Source of the DNA: Patescibacteria group bacterium
GTDB taxonomy: Bacteria; Acidobacteriota; Polarisedimenticolia; JACPZX01; DASXTC01
NCBI GenBank assembly: GCA_035646975.1
Contig: DASROJ010000300.1
Coordinates: forward strand, 1-15,582
Direction: 5' to 3'
Length of the DNA stretch: 15,582 nt
The translations under genes were made by a program, and so were the position numbers. The number at the start of each line of letters is the position of its first letter. The first letter of the stretch is position 1. Below are positions 10,301 through 15,582 of this stretch, in pieces. The notes below the pieces were generated by a model, which made no database searches, was not told the DNA's origin, and was given only the letters and a program-made list of their open reading frames with translations.

Positions 10301-10399
10301 GGGCTCAAGCAGGAGGCCGCTCGCGCCTTCCAGAGATCGCTGGCGCTGGATCCCCGTCAGAGCCAGGTGAAGCAGCGGCTCTCGTCCGTCGGCAATTGA
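7367..10399 (+). CDS. membrane-anchored multidomain protein: N-terminal signal-anchor, SPFH/band-7-like region, alkaline-phosphatase-superfamily (type I phosphodiesterase/nucleotide pyrophosphatase-like) domain, C-terminal ~11 TPR repeats
   Basis: Start GTG 7367 chosen because GAGGGG lies 5 nt upstream; ATG 7379 or 7394 also possible. The ORF-track ATG 7292 overlaps the divergent DJ-1 gene. Hydrophobic anchor MALLTLALLVVLYGAASM. Region ~7480-7900 has SPFH-like alternation (...VELAAELTYSIPADRLLALHRAHG...TAARVGAVSFELVRNRDPELARGLRARLDELMTKDGPRIESLRV). Region ~7961-9066 carries NPP/AlkP motifs DLVIIGVDSFDW (metal Asp), MPNMARLIQRGVRA, SPVIWTSIATGVKPSRHGI (nucleophile position is Ser rather than Thr; the FPNH Asn/His are not conserved) and ILASDHGF (Asp-His metal pair). 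An acidic GA-rich linker AAGSEAEAGAGAGDAE follows. 9236-10396 has ~11 degenerate 34-aa TPR units (e.g. AEYNNIGNIHRKRGDVDRAMQAFRDAIKADAQYIGAYNNLGLCL). Confidence 0.7.
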   Translation: MKSKMTRTRMALLTLALLVVLYGAASMRRLEATDAMMVVDLPLLGTSPVIAQPGWHLVPLFLGRVSHYPASPVKLSVSLSGPQAARTREGATVELAAELTYSIPADRLLALHRAHGPGYESDWLIPLVKTETAARVGAVSFELVRNRDPELARGLRARLDELMTKDGPRIESLRVAQTAGVGESSGGILQVSGKPADRDLVIIGVDSFDWRLIDPLMKQGRMPNMARLIQRGVRANLRTIRPILSPVIWTSIATGVKPSRHGIADFVVTARDTGALVPVTSSMRQVPALWNLMSRQGIDVNVIAWWATWPAETVRGSVVTDRVAFQLFEKSIKDDWKSTDPAKKKGKTYPAGLFDELAPLIVAPNEITDQEVGWFLPQGRIPPSATPDQREQLDALRTVIAAGETYHRIALKQFKTSGARLRMVYYEGPDEASHLFMRYRPPLLAGVNPADMDLFGSIVEKYYERQDRYIGEIVDAVGPGATIILASDHGFKSDNNRPPNSDPRIGKGDAAEWHTPVGVLVMAGPAIRAGADIGAASVLDIAPTSLVLFGLPATRDMDGQPLEEALDPVFLRQHPVAWIDSYGGARQPGQEMAAGSEAEAGAGAGDAEMIEKLRSLGYIGEEQMTAHNNRGMMAIDDGDFDGAIAEFERGLASKSDAAPLIQANLASAFLQKGDLDKARSTAEQSLAGNPRNKGAMMVLAGVAMKRGDPAEAVRQLRRAIQVDPTFVPAHAKLGEVLQKMGDDTAALAEFEKVVEISPLSAVEYNNIGNIHRKRGDVDRAMQAFRDAIKADAQYIGAYNNLGLCLQDKGKLAEAKDLYEKALVIRPDNAILLNSLGTLLELQGNHAGAIAQVERAAKADPNWAVAAGNLATLYFEAGRMADARPMFESWTRLEPASAEARLGLALTLLMSQQRDEAIKQFDEVLRLDPANIRAHIALGETLARGGQLDKAQSHLERAVQLDPRIPRVYNTLGEIYLKRGLKQEAARAFQRSLALDPRQSQVKQRLSSVGN

Positions 10400-10423
10400 G
10401 CCGGTCGAGTCATGCCAGCAGAC

Positions 10424-10458
10424 AAAAAAAGGCGGGCCGCGTTTCCGCGGGCCCGCCT
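10424..10458 (-). terminator. rho-independent terminator for the minus-strand outer-membrane protein gene
   Basis: GC hairpin ggcgggccgcg(10431-10441)-tttc-cgcgggcccgcc(10446-10457) with ~12-bp stem and one bulge. A7 run 10424-10430 on the plus strand gives U7 immediately after the hairpin on the minus-strand transcript. It lies ~30 nt downstream of the minus-strand stop at 10486-10488. It sits in the gap between convergent genes and may also attenuate plus-strand read-through. Confidence 0.65.
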
Positions 10459-10485
10459 CGTGTCACGCTGTGATGGAGCAGCGAC

Positions 10486-11501
10486 CTACTTCTTCTTTCC
10501 CTGGAACTGCCATCTCGCTCCGACATTCCAGCTGTTGAACGAGATGTTGTCTCTGCCCCTCTGGTTTCCGTTGCCCGGAACCAGGCCGCCTCCCGCGAAC
10601 GGGTCGGTGACCAGGCCATCCCAATTCGACGCTTCGTACCCGACGTAGACGTCGACGGGGCCCACGTCCCAGATCGCCTTGATTCCGAAGTCACGGATTT
10701 CGCCCTTGATGTTGTCGTCCTTGACTTCGATCTCCTCGGCGAGCGCCGTGCCGCCGTCGTCACTCAGCTTGGCGTTCCCCTCGGTATCGGCCTGCAGGAA
10801 CGAGAAGGCCGCGCTGGCCTCCACCGAAAACCGCTTGGTGAAATCGAACACGGCCGTGGCTCCGACGCGGAACCCGAGCGCGTCCGATTCGAAGTGCTTC
10901 TCCTGAGCGTAGGCCTCGCCGTAGGTTGTTTCCTCGGCGAAAACCTCGTCAGTCTCCTCGAAGCTGGCGGAGCGCAGGCCGGCCAGCCACTTCACCGTGA
11001 ACTTGTCGCTGACCGACATGGGACGAATGTAGTCGACGTCCCGGTGGACGCCTTGACGTTGGTGTTCGCTTCGAAGTCCACGCCAGTTACGCCGTCGTAG
11101 AGGTACTGTCCGTAGTAGGAGCTGTAGCTGATGAACAGCGGGTTGAACTCGCCGCTGACATTTCCAGACTCGCTGTCGTCGTTGTCGAAGCTCCAGTAGG
11201 AGACCTGGAGGCTTCCCTTGCTTCCCCAGCTGTATCCGACGCCGAGACGCCACGTGAAATCGTCATCGTTGTTGACCACGAGACGCTCGGTCTGGCTGAC
11301 AGACCCGCTGAAATCGGTGTGATTCCCGAAATTCTGATCGAGGCTGTTTGGCTGGGTCAGGGCCAGATCGAGATTTCCGTACCAACCCTTGTAGTCCGGG
11401 TCGCCGGCCATGGCCGGCGCGCTGAGCGCCACCATCGCCAGGACGGCTGCTACCGACAACAAAGAGATGTTGCGGAGAGGAAATTGCTTACGGACATGCA
11501 T
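10486..11501 (-). pseudogene. outer-membrane beta-barrel (porin-like) protein with cleavable signal peptide, reading frame interrupted by a 1-nt frameshift (pseudogene or homopolymer sequencing/assembly error)
   Basis: ORF 10992-11501 (signal peptide MHVRKQFPLRNISLLSVAAVLAMVALSAPAMA|GDP, then D/N/S/T/Y/G-rich alternating strands) and ORF 10486-11253 (...DVDYIRPMSVSDKFTVKWLAGLRSASFEE...GARWQF) are consecutive parts of one OMP in different frames. Native-looking sequence switches frame at the ccc run 11040-11042 (ggg on the coding strand). Adding one G restores ...NVKASTGDVDYIRPMSVSDKF... and gives a ~338-aa protein. GGGGGA Shine-Dalgarno 6 nt upstream of ATG 11501. Confidence 0.6.
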
Positions 11502-11643
11502 CCGGTATCCCCCAATATGGTTCAGTGAATCTGAGATTCGACCAGGTGGTAGAACTCTCAGGGACCGAAAACCAGAGTGTGCCGCTCACCTCCTTCCGAC
11601 GGTACGTGCCCTAGCTGAACGCAGGCACAACGACCGGCGAGTG

Positions 11644-11673
11644 TTTATATGCGATTGGAGTCATCTGTGTCAA
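11644..11673 (-). promoter_or_regulatory. sigma70-type promoter of the OMP gene (TTGACA-18 nt-TATAAA) with ~135-nt 5' leader
   Basis: On the minus strand, consensus -35 TTGACA (plus-strand 11668-11673), an 18-nt spacer, and -10 TATAAA (plus-strand 11644-11649). Predicted transcription start near 11637, giving a long leader to ATG 11501. Confidence 0.4.
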
Positions 11674-11704
11674 GTGCTTGTTTAAGGAAGCCCCAGGCGC
11701 CTTG

Positions 11705-11742
11705 TTGACGCCCGGCGGGGCTTTTCGTACCATCGGGCCAGG
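11705..11742 (+). promoter_or_regulatory. candidate promoter of the efflux operon (TTGACG-17 nt-TACCAT) positioned for a leaderless or near-leaderless HlyD transcript
   Basis: TTGACG 11705-11710, 17-nt spacer, TACCAT 11728-11733. The -10 ends 9 nt before ATG 11743. There is no Shine-Dalgarno sequence and no alternative in-frame start before the lipoprotein signal. Confidence 0.3.
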
Positions 11743-12717
11743 ATGCGCGCCCCCACGGTCATTTCCCTCGGTTTGCTGTCATTCCTCCTGGTCGCCTGCG
11801 CCCGAGGGGGGGCGGAGGACCCTTCCTACTCGGGCACCATCGAGGCGGTGGAGGTGGATGTCTCCCCGGAGGTCGGCGGAAGAATCCTCTCGCGCCCCGT
11901 GGACCAGGGCGACAGCGTCAGGAAGGACGACATCGTGGCGGTCATCGATCCTCAGACCTACAGGATCGCGCTGGCGGAGACCGAAGGAGCGCTGGCGGAG
12001 GCCAGGGCAAAGCTGGCCGAGATGACGGCAGGCTATCGACGCGAGGAGGTGGAGACCGCGACGCACCAGGTCCAGGAGGCCGAAGCCCAGCTCACCCAGA
12101 CCGAATCGCGGGTCAAGCGGGTGGAGGAGATGCTGGCGCAGAAGATCGCCACGCCTGATGACAGGGACGTGGCGCGTCGCGACCGCGATGTGGCCAGGGC
12201 GCGCCTGGATGCCGCGAAGTCCCATCTCGGGCTGCTGGCCCACGGCTACCGCCGCGAGGAGATCGATCAGGCGCTGGCGGCGGTGTCGCGCCTGGAGGCG
12301 GCACGCGATCAACGACGGCTCGACCTGGAGAGGACCACGGTGAAGTCCCCCTTCGCCGGCACGGTGACGGAGAAGCTCCAGGAGCCGGGCGAGTATGCAA
12401 AACCGGGCGCCCCGATCGTGAGCGTGGCCGATCTGGAGAACCTCTACACCTGGGTCTACCTGGGAGAGGCCGACCTTCCTCGCGTCAAGATCGGCGACGA
12501 GGTGATGGTCCGCGTGGACGGCTTGCCCGGGCATGACTTCCCCGGCAAGGTGGTCTATGTCTCCCGGACCGCGGAGTTCACTCCAAAGAACGTGCAGACG
12601 GCGCAGGACCGCGTGCAGCTGGTCTTCGGGGTCAAGGTGGCCGTTGCGAACCCCGACGGCGCGCTCAAGGTCGGCATCCCGGCCGATGTTCATCTCAAGC
12701 CAGGCGCCGCGAAGTAG
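11743..12717 (+). CDS. HlyD-family periplasmic adaptor (membrane fusion protein) lipoprotein of an ABC-2 efflux system (YbhG-like)
   Basis: Lipoprotein signal MRAPTVISLGLLSFLLVAC with lipobox LVAC. Coiled-coil region with repeated GYRREE(V/I) and ARLDAAK segments. C-terminal beta-barrel/MPD (VKSPFAGTV...PIVSVADL...VKIGDEVMVRVDG...VYVSRTAEFTPKNVQT). Confidence 0.85.
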   Translation: MRAPTVISLGLLSFLLVACARGGAEDPSYSGTIEAVEVDVSPEVGGRILSRPVDQGDSVRKDDIVAVIDPQTYRIALAETEGALAEARAKLAEMTAGYRREEVETATHQVQEAEAQLTQTESRVKRVEEMLAQKIATPDDRDVARRDRDVARARLDAAKSHLGLLAHGYRREEIDQALAAVSRLEAARDQRRLDLERTTVKSPFAGTVTEKLQEPGEYAKPGAPIVSVADLENLYTWVYLGEADLPRVKIGDEVMVRVDGLPGHDFPGKVVYVSRTAEFTPKNVQTAQDRVQLVFGVKVAVANPDGALKVGIPADVHLKPGAAK

Positions 12718-12722
12718 CCCCC

Positions 12723-13643
12723 ATGCCAGGCATCGTCACGGAGAAGCTCACCCGCCGCTTCGGCGCGATCGACGCCGTGGTCGATCTCGACCTCGAGGTG
12801 GCGGTGGGGGAGATCTTCGGTTTTCTCGGTCCCAATGGCGCCGGCAAGACCACCGTGGTCAGGATGCTCTGCGGCCTGCTCGCCCCCACCAGCGGCCGCG
12901 CCACGGTGGCCGACCATGACGTCGTTCGCGAGACGCGACAGCTGAAGGAATCGATCGGTTACATGTCGCAGAAGTTCGGTCTTTACAACGATCTCACGGT
13001 GCGCGAGAACGTCGAGTTCTTCGGTGGTGTCTATGTCGCCGACCGCCACGAGGCCAGACGCCGCTGCGAGGCGGTGCTGACGGAGATGGGGCTGACCGAT
13101 CGTTCCGATCAGCTTGCCGGCCAGCTCAGCGGCGGCTGGAAGCAGCGTCTCGCGATGGCCACGGCGATCGTCCATTCGCCGGCCATCCTGTTTCTGGACG
13201 AACCCACGGCGGGCGTCGACCCGGTGTCGCGCCGCGAGATCTGGGACCTCGTCTATGCGCTGCAGGGACGCGGCATCACTTTGTTCGTCACCACGCATTA
13301 CATGGAAGAGGCGGAGCGATGCAACCGGATCGGCTTCATCCATTCCGGGCGATTGGTGGCGCTCGGCACGCCGACGGACCTGAAGGCCAGCCGCATGGGG
13401 GCCGAGGTGGTGAGCCTGACCGGGCCCGACCTGTACGAGATCTACCGCAAGCTGAAGGGGACTGAGCTGGTGCTCGACGTGAACATCTACGGCAATGACG
13501 TTCATGCCGTGGTGGCCGACGCGCAGGCCGCCATTCCGGCCATCCGTGCGCACCTCACCAGCGCCGGATTGACGCTCACCTCGGCGCAGGCGATCCCCCC
13601 CTCGATTGAAGATGTGTTCGTCCGGCTCACCCGGAGAAGCTGA
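12723..13643 (+). CDS. ABC transporter ATP-binding protein (single NBD), ABC-2 exporter type
   Basis: Walker A GPNGAGKTT, Q-loop MSQK, ABC signature LSGGWKQRL, Walker B ILFLDEPTAGVD, H-loop TTHYMEEA. Starts 5 nt after the HlyD stop. Stop TGA 13641-13643 overlaps the next ATG. Confidence 0.9.
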   Translation: MPGIVTEKLTRRFGAIDAVVDLDLEVAVGEIFGFLGPNGAGKTTVVRMLCGLLAPTSGRATVADHDVVRETRQLKESIGYMSQKFGLYNDLTVRENVEFFGGVYVADRHEARRRCEAVLTEMGLTDRSDQLAGQLSGGWKQRLAMATAIVHSPAILFLDEPTAGVDPVSRREIWDLVYALQGRGITLFVTTHYMEEAERCNRIGFIHSGRLVALGTPTDLKASRMGAEVVSLTGPDLYEIYRKLKGTELVLDVNIYGNDVHAVVADAQAAIPAIRAHLTSAGLTLTSAQAIPPSIEDVFVRLTRRS

Positions 13644-14776
13644 TGCACCGGCTGCGAGCGCTGCTGCGCAAGGAGTTCATCCAGATGATGCGCGAGCGCC
13701 GCACCGTGGTGATGAGCCTCGTCGTGCCGGTGACGCTCCTGCTGCTGTTCGGCGTGGCCGTCTCGTTCGACATCCGGGAGATCAAGCTGGGCATCTGGGA
13801 TCGTGACGACTCGTCGCGCAGCCGGGAGATCATCCGCGCTTTTCTCTCGTCGGAGTACTTCCGCGAGGTGGGGAGGATCGCCGATTCCGCGGGCGCCGAG
13901 CGGATGCTCGACGCGGGGGAGGCCGCGGCCGTGCTGGTGATCCCGCGCGGTTTCGGCCGCGACGTTCACGGGGGCGCGCCGGCTTCGGTGCAGGTGCTGC
14001 TCGACGGCAGCGACTCTTCCACCGCGAGCGTCGTGCAGGGCCACGTCCGCAACATCGTGCAGACCTACACCGCCCAGACGATGGCGGCGCGTCTCAGGGA
14101 GCAGGGGGTCAAGGGGACGGGAGACCTCCTGCCGATCGACTTCCGCCCGCGCGTTCTGTACAACCCGGAGCTGAAGAGCCGCAACTTCATGGTGCCCGGT
14201 CTCATCGGCGTGCTGCTCACGATGCTCGGCGTGCTGCAGACCTCTCTGGCGATCGCCAAGGAAAAGGACCGCGTGACCCTCGACCAGCTTCGCGTCACCC
14301 CGCTGCGGGCCCGCGAGATCCTGGTGGGCAAGGTGCTGCCGTACGCGTTGGTGGCCTTCGCCAACGCCTGGATCGCGGTGGGTGTCGGCCGGTTCCTGCT
14401 CGATGTGCCGGTGCGGGGCAGTCTCTGGATCTTCACGCTGGGCACGGTGTTGTTCCTCATGTCGGCCCTCGGCGTCGGTCTGGTCATCTCGGCCGTCACC
14501 GAGTCGCAGATGGCGGCCCAGTCGGCGGCGTTTCTTGCCTCGGTGCTGCCGGTTTTCTACCTGTCCGACTACATGTTCCCGCTGCGCAACATGCCGTTCT
14601 GGCTTCGGGGGTTGAGCTACGCGCTGCCCGCCCGTTTCTACGTGTCGGTGCTGCGCAGCACGCTGCAGAAGGGGGTCGGTTTCGAGGCGCAGTGGGGGGC
14701 GCTGGCCGCTCTGGCGATCTATGCCGCGGCCATCGGCAGCGTGGGGATCCTCGCGATCCGGAGGGCCTTGAGATGA
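13643..14776 (+). CDS. ABC-2 family transporter permease (YbhS/YbhR-like), 6 TM with large first periplasmic loop
   Basis: Typical ABC-2 N-terminus LRALLRKEFIQMMRERRTVVMSLVVPVTLLLLFG. Large extracytoplasmic domain, then a C-terminal block of hydrophobic helices (NFMVPGLIGVLLTMLGV...). ATGA overlaps at both ends (13643 and 14773-14776). Confidence 0.85.
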   Translation: MHRLRALLRKEFIQMMRERRTVVMSLVVPVTLLLLFGVAVSFDIREIKLGIWDRDDSSRSREIIRAFLSSEYFREVGRIADSAGAERMLDAGEAAAVLVIPRGFGRDVHGGAPASVQVLLDGSDSSTASVVQGHVRNIVQTYTAQTMAARLREQGVKGTGDLLPIDFRPRVLYNPELKSRNFMVPGLIGVLLTMLGVLQTSLAIAKEKDRVTLDQLRVTPLRAREILVGKVLPYALVAFANAWIAVGVGRFLLDVPVRGSLWIFTLGTVLFLMSALGVGLVISAVTESQMAAQSAAFLASVLPVFYLSDYMFPLRNMPFWLRGLSYALPARFYVSVLRSTLQKGVGFEAQWGALAALAIYAAAIGSVGILAIRRALR

Positions 14777-15582
14777 CCGGGGGCCTCCACCGGCTGTACC
14801 GACTCTCGATCAAGGAGTTCCTGCAGCTCAGACGCGACCCGCTGGCGTTGCGCCTGACGCTGGTGGCGCCGATCCTGCAGCTCGTGCTGCTCGGCTATGC
14901 CGCCACCCGGGACGTGAAGCACATCCCCACGGTCATCTGCGATCTCGACCGCTCGACGGCCAGCCGGGAGATGATCCGCGCGGTGATGGAATCGGGTTAT
15001 TTCGATCCCGCGGGGCGTGTTGATCGGATCGACCAGGTGCCCGAGTGGCTCGACGATGGCCGCGCCATCGTGGCGCTCGTGTTTCCCACGGACTACGCGG
15101 AGAAGCTCGACTCGGGGGGCCAGGCGCAGCTCCAGGCGATGGTGGACGGCAGCAACAGCAGCGAGGCCACCACCGCGATCGGCTACCTGTCGGGCATCGT
15201 CCTGGACAAATCGATCCAGATCGCGGTGCGGCGTCTGCCGCCCGAGGCGTTCGAAGGCCCCGCCAGGCCGCCGGTGGAGGCGGAGATGCGGGTGCGATAC
15301 AACGAGTCGCTGGTGAGCAGCCACTTCATGATCCCCGGGGTGGTCGGCCTGGTGATGCTGGTGAGCACGCTGCTGCTCACCGCCATCGCCGTGACCCGCG
15401 AAAAGGAAATCGGCACCATCGAGCAGATCCTGGTGACGCCAATCCGCCCGCACGAGTTCCTGCTCGGCAAGATGATCCCCTTCTCGCTGCTCGGGATGGT
15501 CAACGTGGCCGTCGTGCTGGCCGTGGCGCGCTTCTGGTTCGGCGTGCCGATGCGCGGCAGCCTTCTTCTTCTGTTCTCGCTG
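14773..15582 (+). CDS. second ABC-2 family transporter permease (paralogue), 3' end outside the window
   Basis: Manually translated from ATG 14773: MTGGLHRLYRLSIKEFLQLRRDPLALRLTLVAPILQLVLLG...SHFMIPGVVGLVMLVSTLLLTAIAVTREKEIGTIEQILVTPIRPHEFLLGKMIPF... Open through the window end (270 codons, no stop). Same architecture as the preceding permease. Absent from the supplied ORF track only because it lacks a stop. Confidence 0.8.
   Translation, partial: MTGGLHRLYRLSIKEFLQLRRDPLALRLTLVAPILQLVLLGYAATRDVKHIPTVICDLDRSTASREMIRAVMESGYFDPAGRVDRIDQVPEWLDDGRAIVALVFPTDYAEKLDSGGQAQLQAMVDGSNSSEATTAIGYLSGIVLDKSIQIAVRRLPPEAFEGPARPPVEAEMRVRYNESLVSSHFMIPGVVGLVMLVSTLLLTAIAVTREKEIGTIEQILVTPIRPHEFLLGKMIPFSLLGMVNVAVVLAVARFWFGVPMRGSLLLLFSL

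Noticed and set aside
11560-11650. Possible upstream ORF or alternative start after the GGAAGGAGGTGA block in the OMP leader
   Set aside because: No ATG at suitable spacing. The only continuation is a GTG inside the Shine-Dalgarno-like block itself, giving a ~34-codon frame with no recognisable features.
10486-11700. Lower GC of the OMP gene region as evidence of horizontal acquisition
   Set aside because: The lower GC is explained by the Asn/Asp/Ser/Thr/Tyr/Phe-rich composition typical of beta-barrel OMPs and by AT-rich promoter elements. No integrase, tRNA or direct repeats flank it.
1-15582. CRISPR arrays, tRNA/rRNA genes, transposases/integrases, toxin-antitoxin pairs
   Set aside because: Searched by eye for regularly spaced direct repeats, tRNA-like cloverleaf/CCA contexts and DDE/tyrosine recombinase motifs in all ORFs; none found.

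Overview
High-GC (~68-70%) bacterial chromosomal window carrying ordinary metabolic and envelope genes; no CRISPR array, tRNA, rRNA or recognisable transposase is present. Phylum is not assignable from sequence alone. Most genes have weak or no Shine-Dalgarno sequence.

Gene order:
(1) 5'-truncated 2-oxoacid dehydrogenase E1 with alpha and beta subunits fused in one polypeptide. Its stop overlaps (ATGA) the start of (2) kynureninase, whose stop overlaps (ATGA) the start of (3) tryptophan 2,3-dioxygenase. This is a kynurenine-pathway operon lacking a formamidase in view.
(4) A 220-nt densely nested inverted-repeat element that exactly fills the gap between the kynA stop and the stop of a convergent ArnT/PMT-type GT-C glycosyltransferase.
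(5) A Zn-dependent MDR alcohol dehydrogenase, divergent from the glycosyltransferase, that converges on and overlaps a DJ-1/PfpI gene by 8 bp.
(6) Divergent from the DJ-1/PfpI gene, a ~1010-aa membrane-anchored protein: signal-anchor, then an SPFH/band-7-like region, then an alkaline-phosphatase-superfamily (NPP/type I phosphodiesterase-like) domain, then ~11 TPR repeats.
(7) A minus-strand outer-membrane beta-barrel gene split by a single-base frameshift in a short C/G run. It has an intrinsic terminator and a near-consensus sigma70-type promoter with a ~135-nt leader.
(8) A ybhGFSR-like efflux module: lipoprotein HlyD adaptor, single-NBD ABC ATPase, and two ABC-2 permeases (the last truncated by the window end), with ATGA start/stop overlaps.

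The most unusual items are the nested inverted-repeat element, the tripartite SPFH-AlkP-TPR protein and the E1-kynU-kynA coupling. None can be called a new system from sequence alone.
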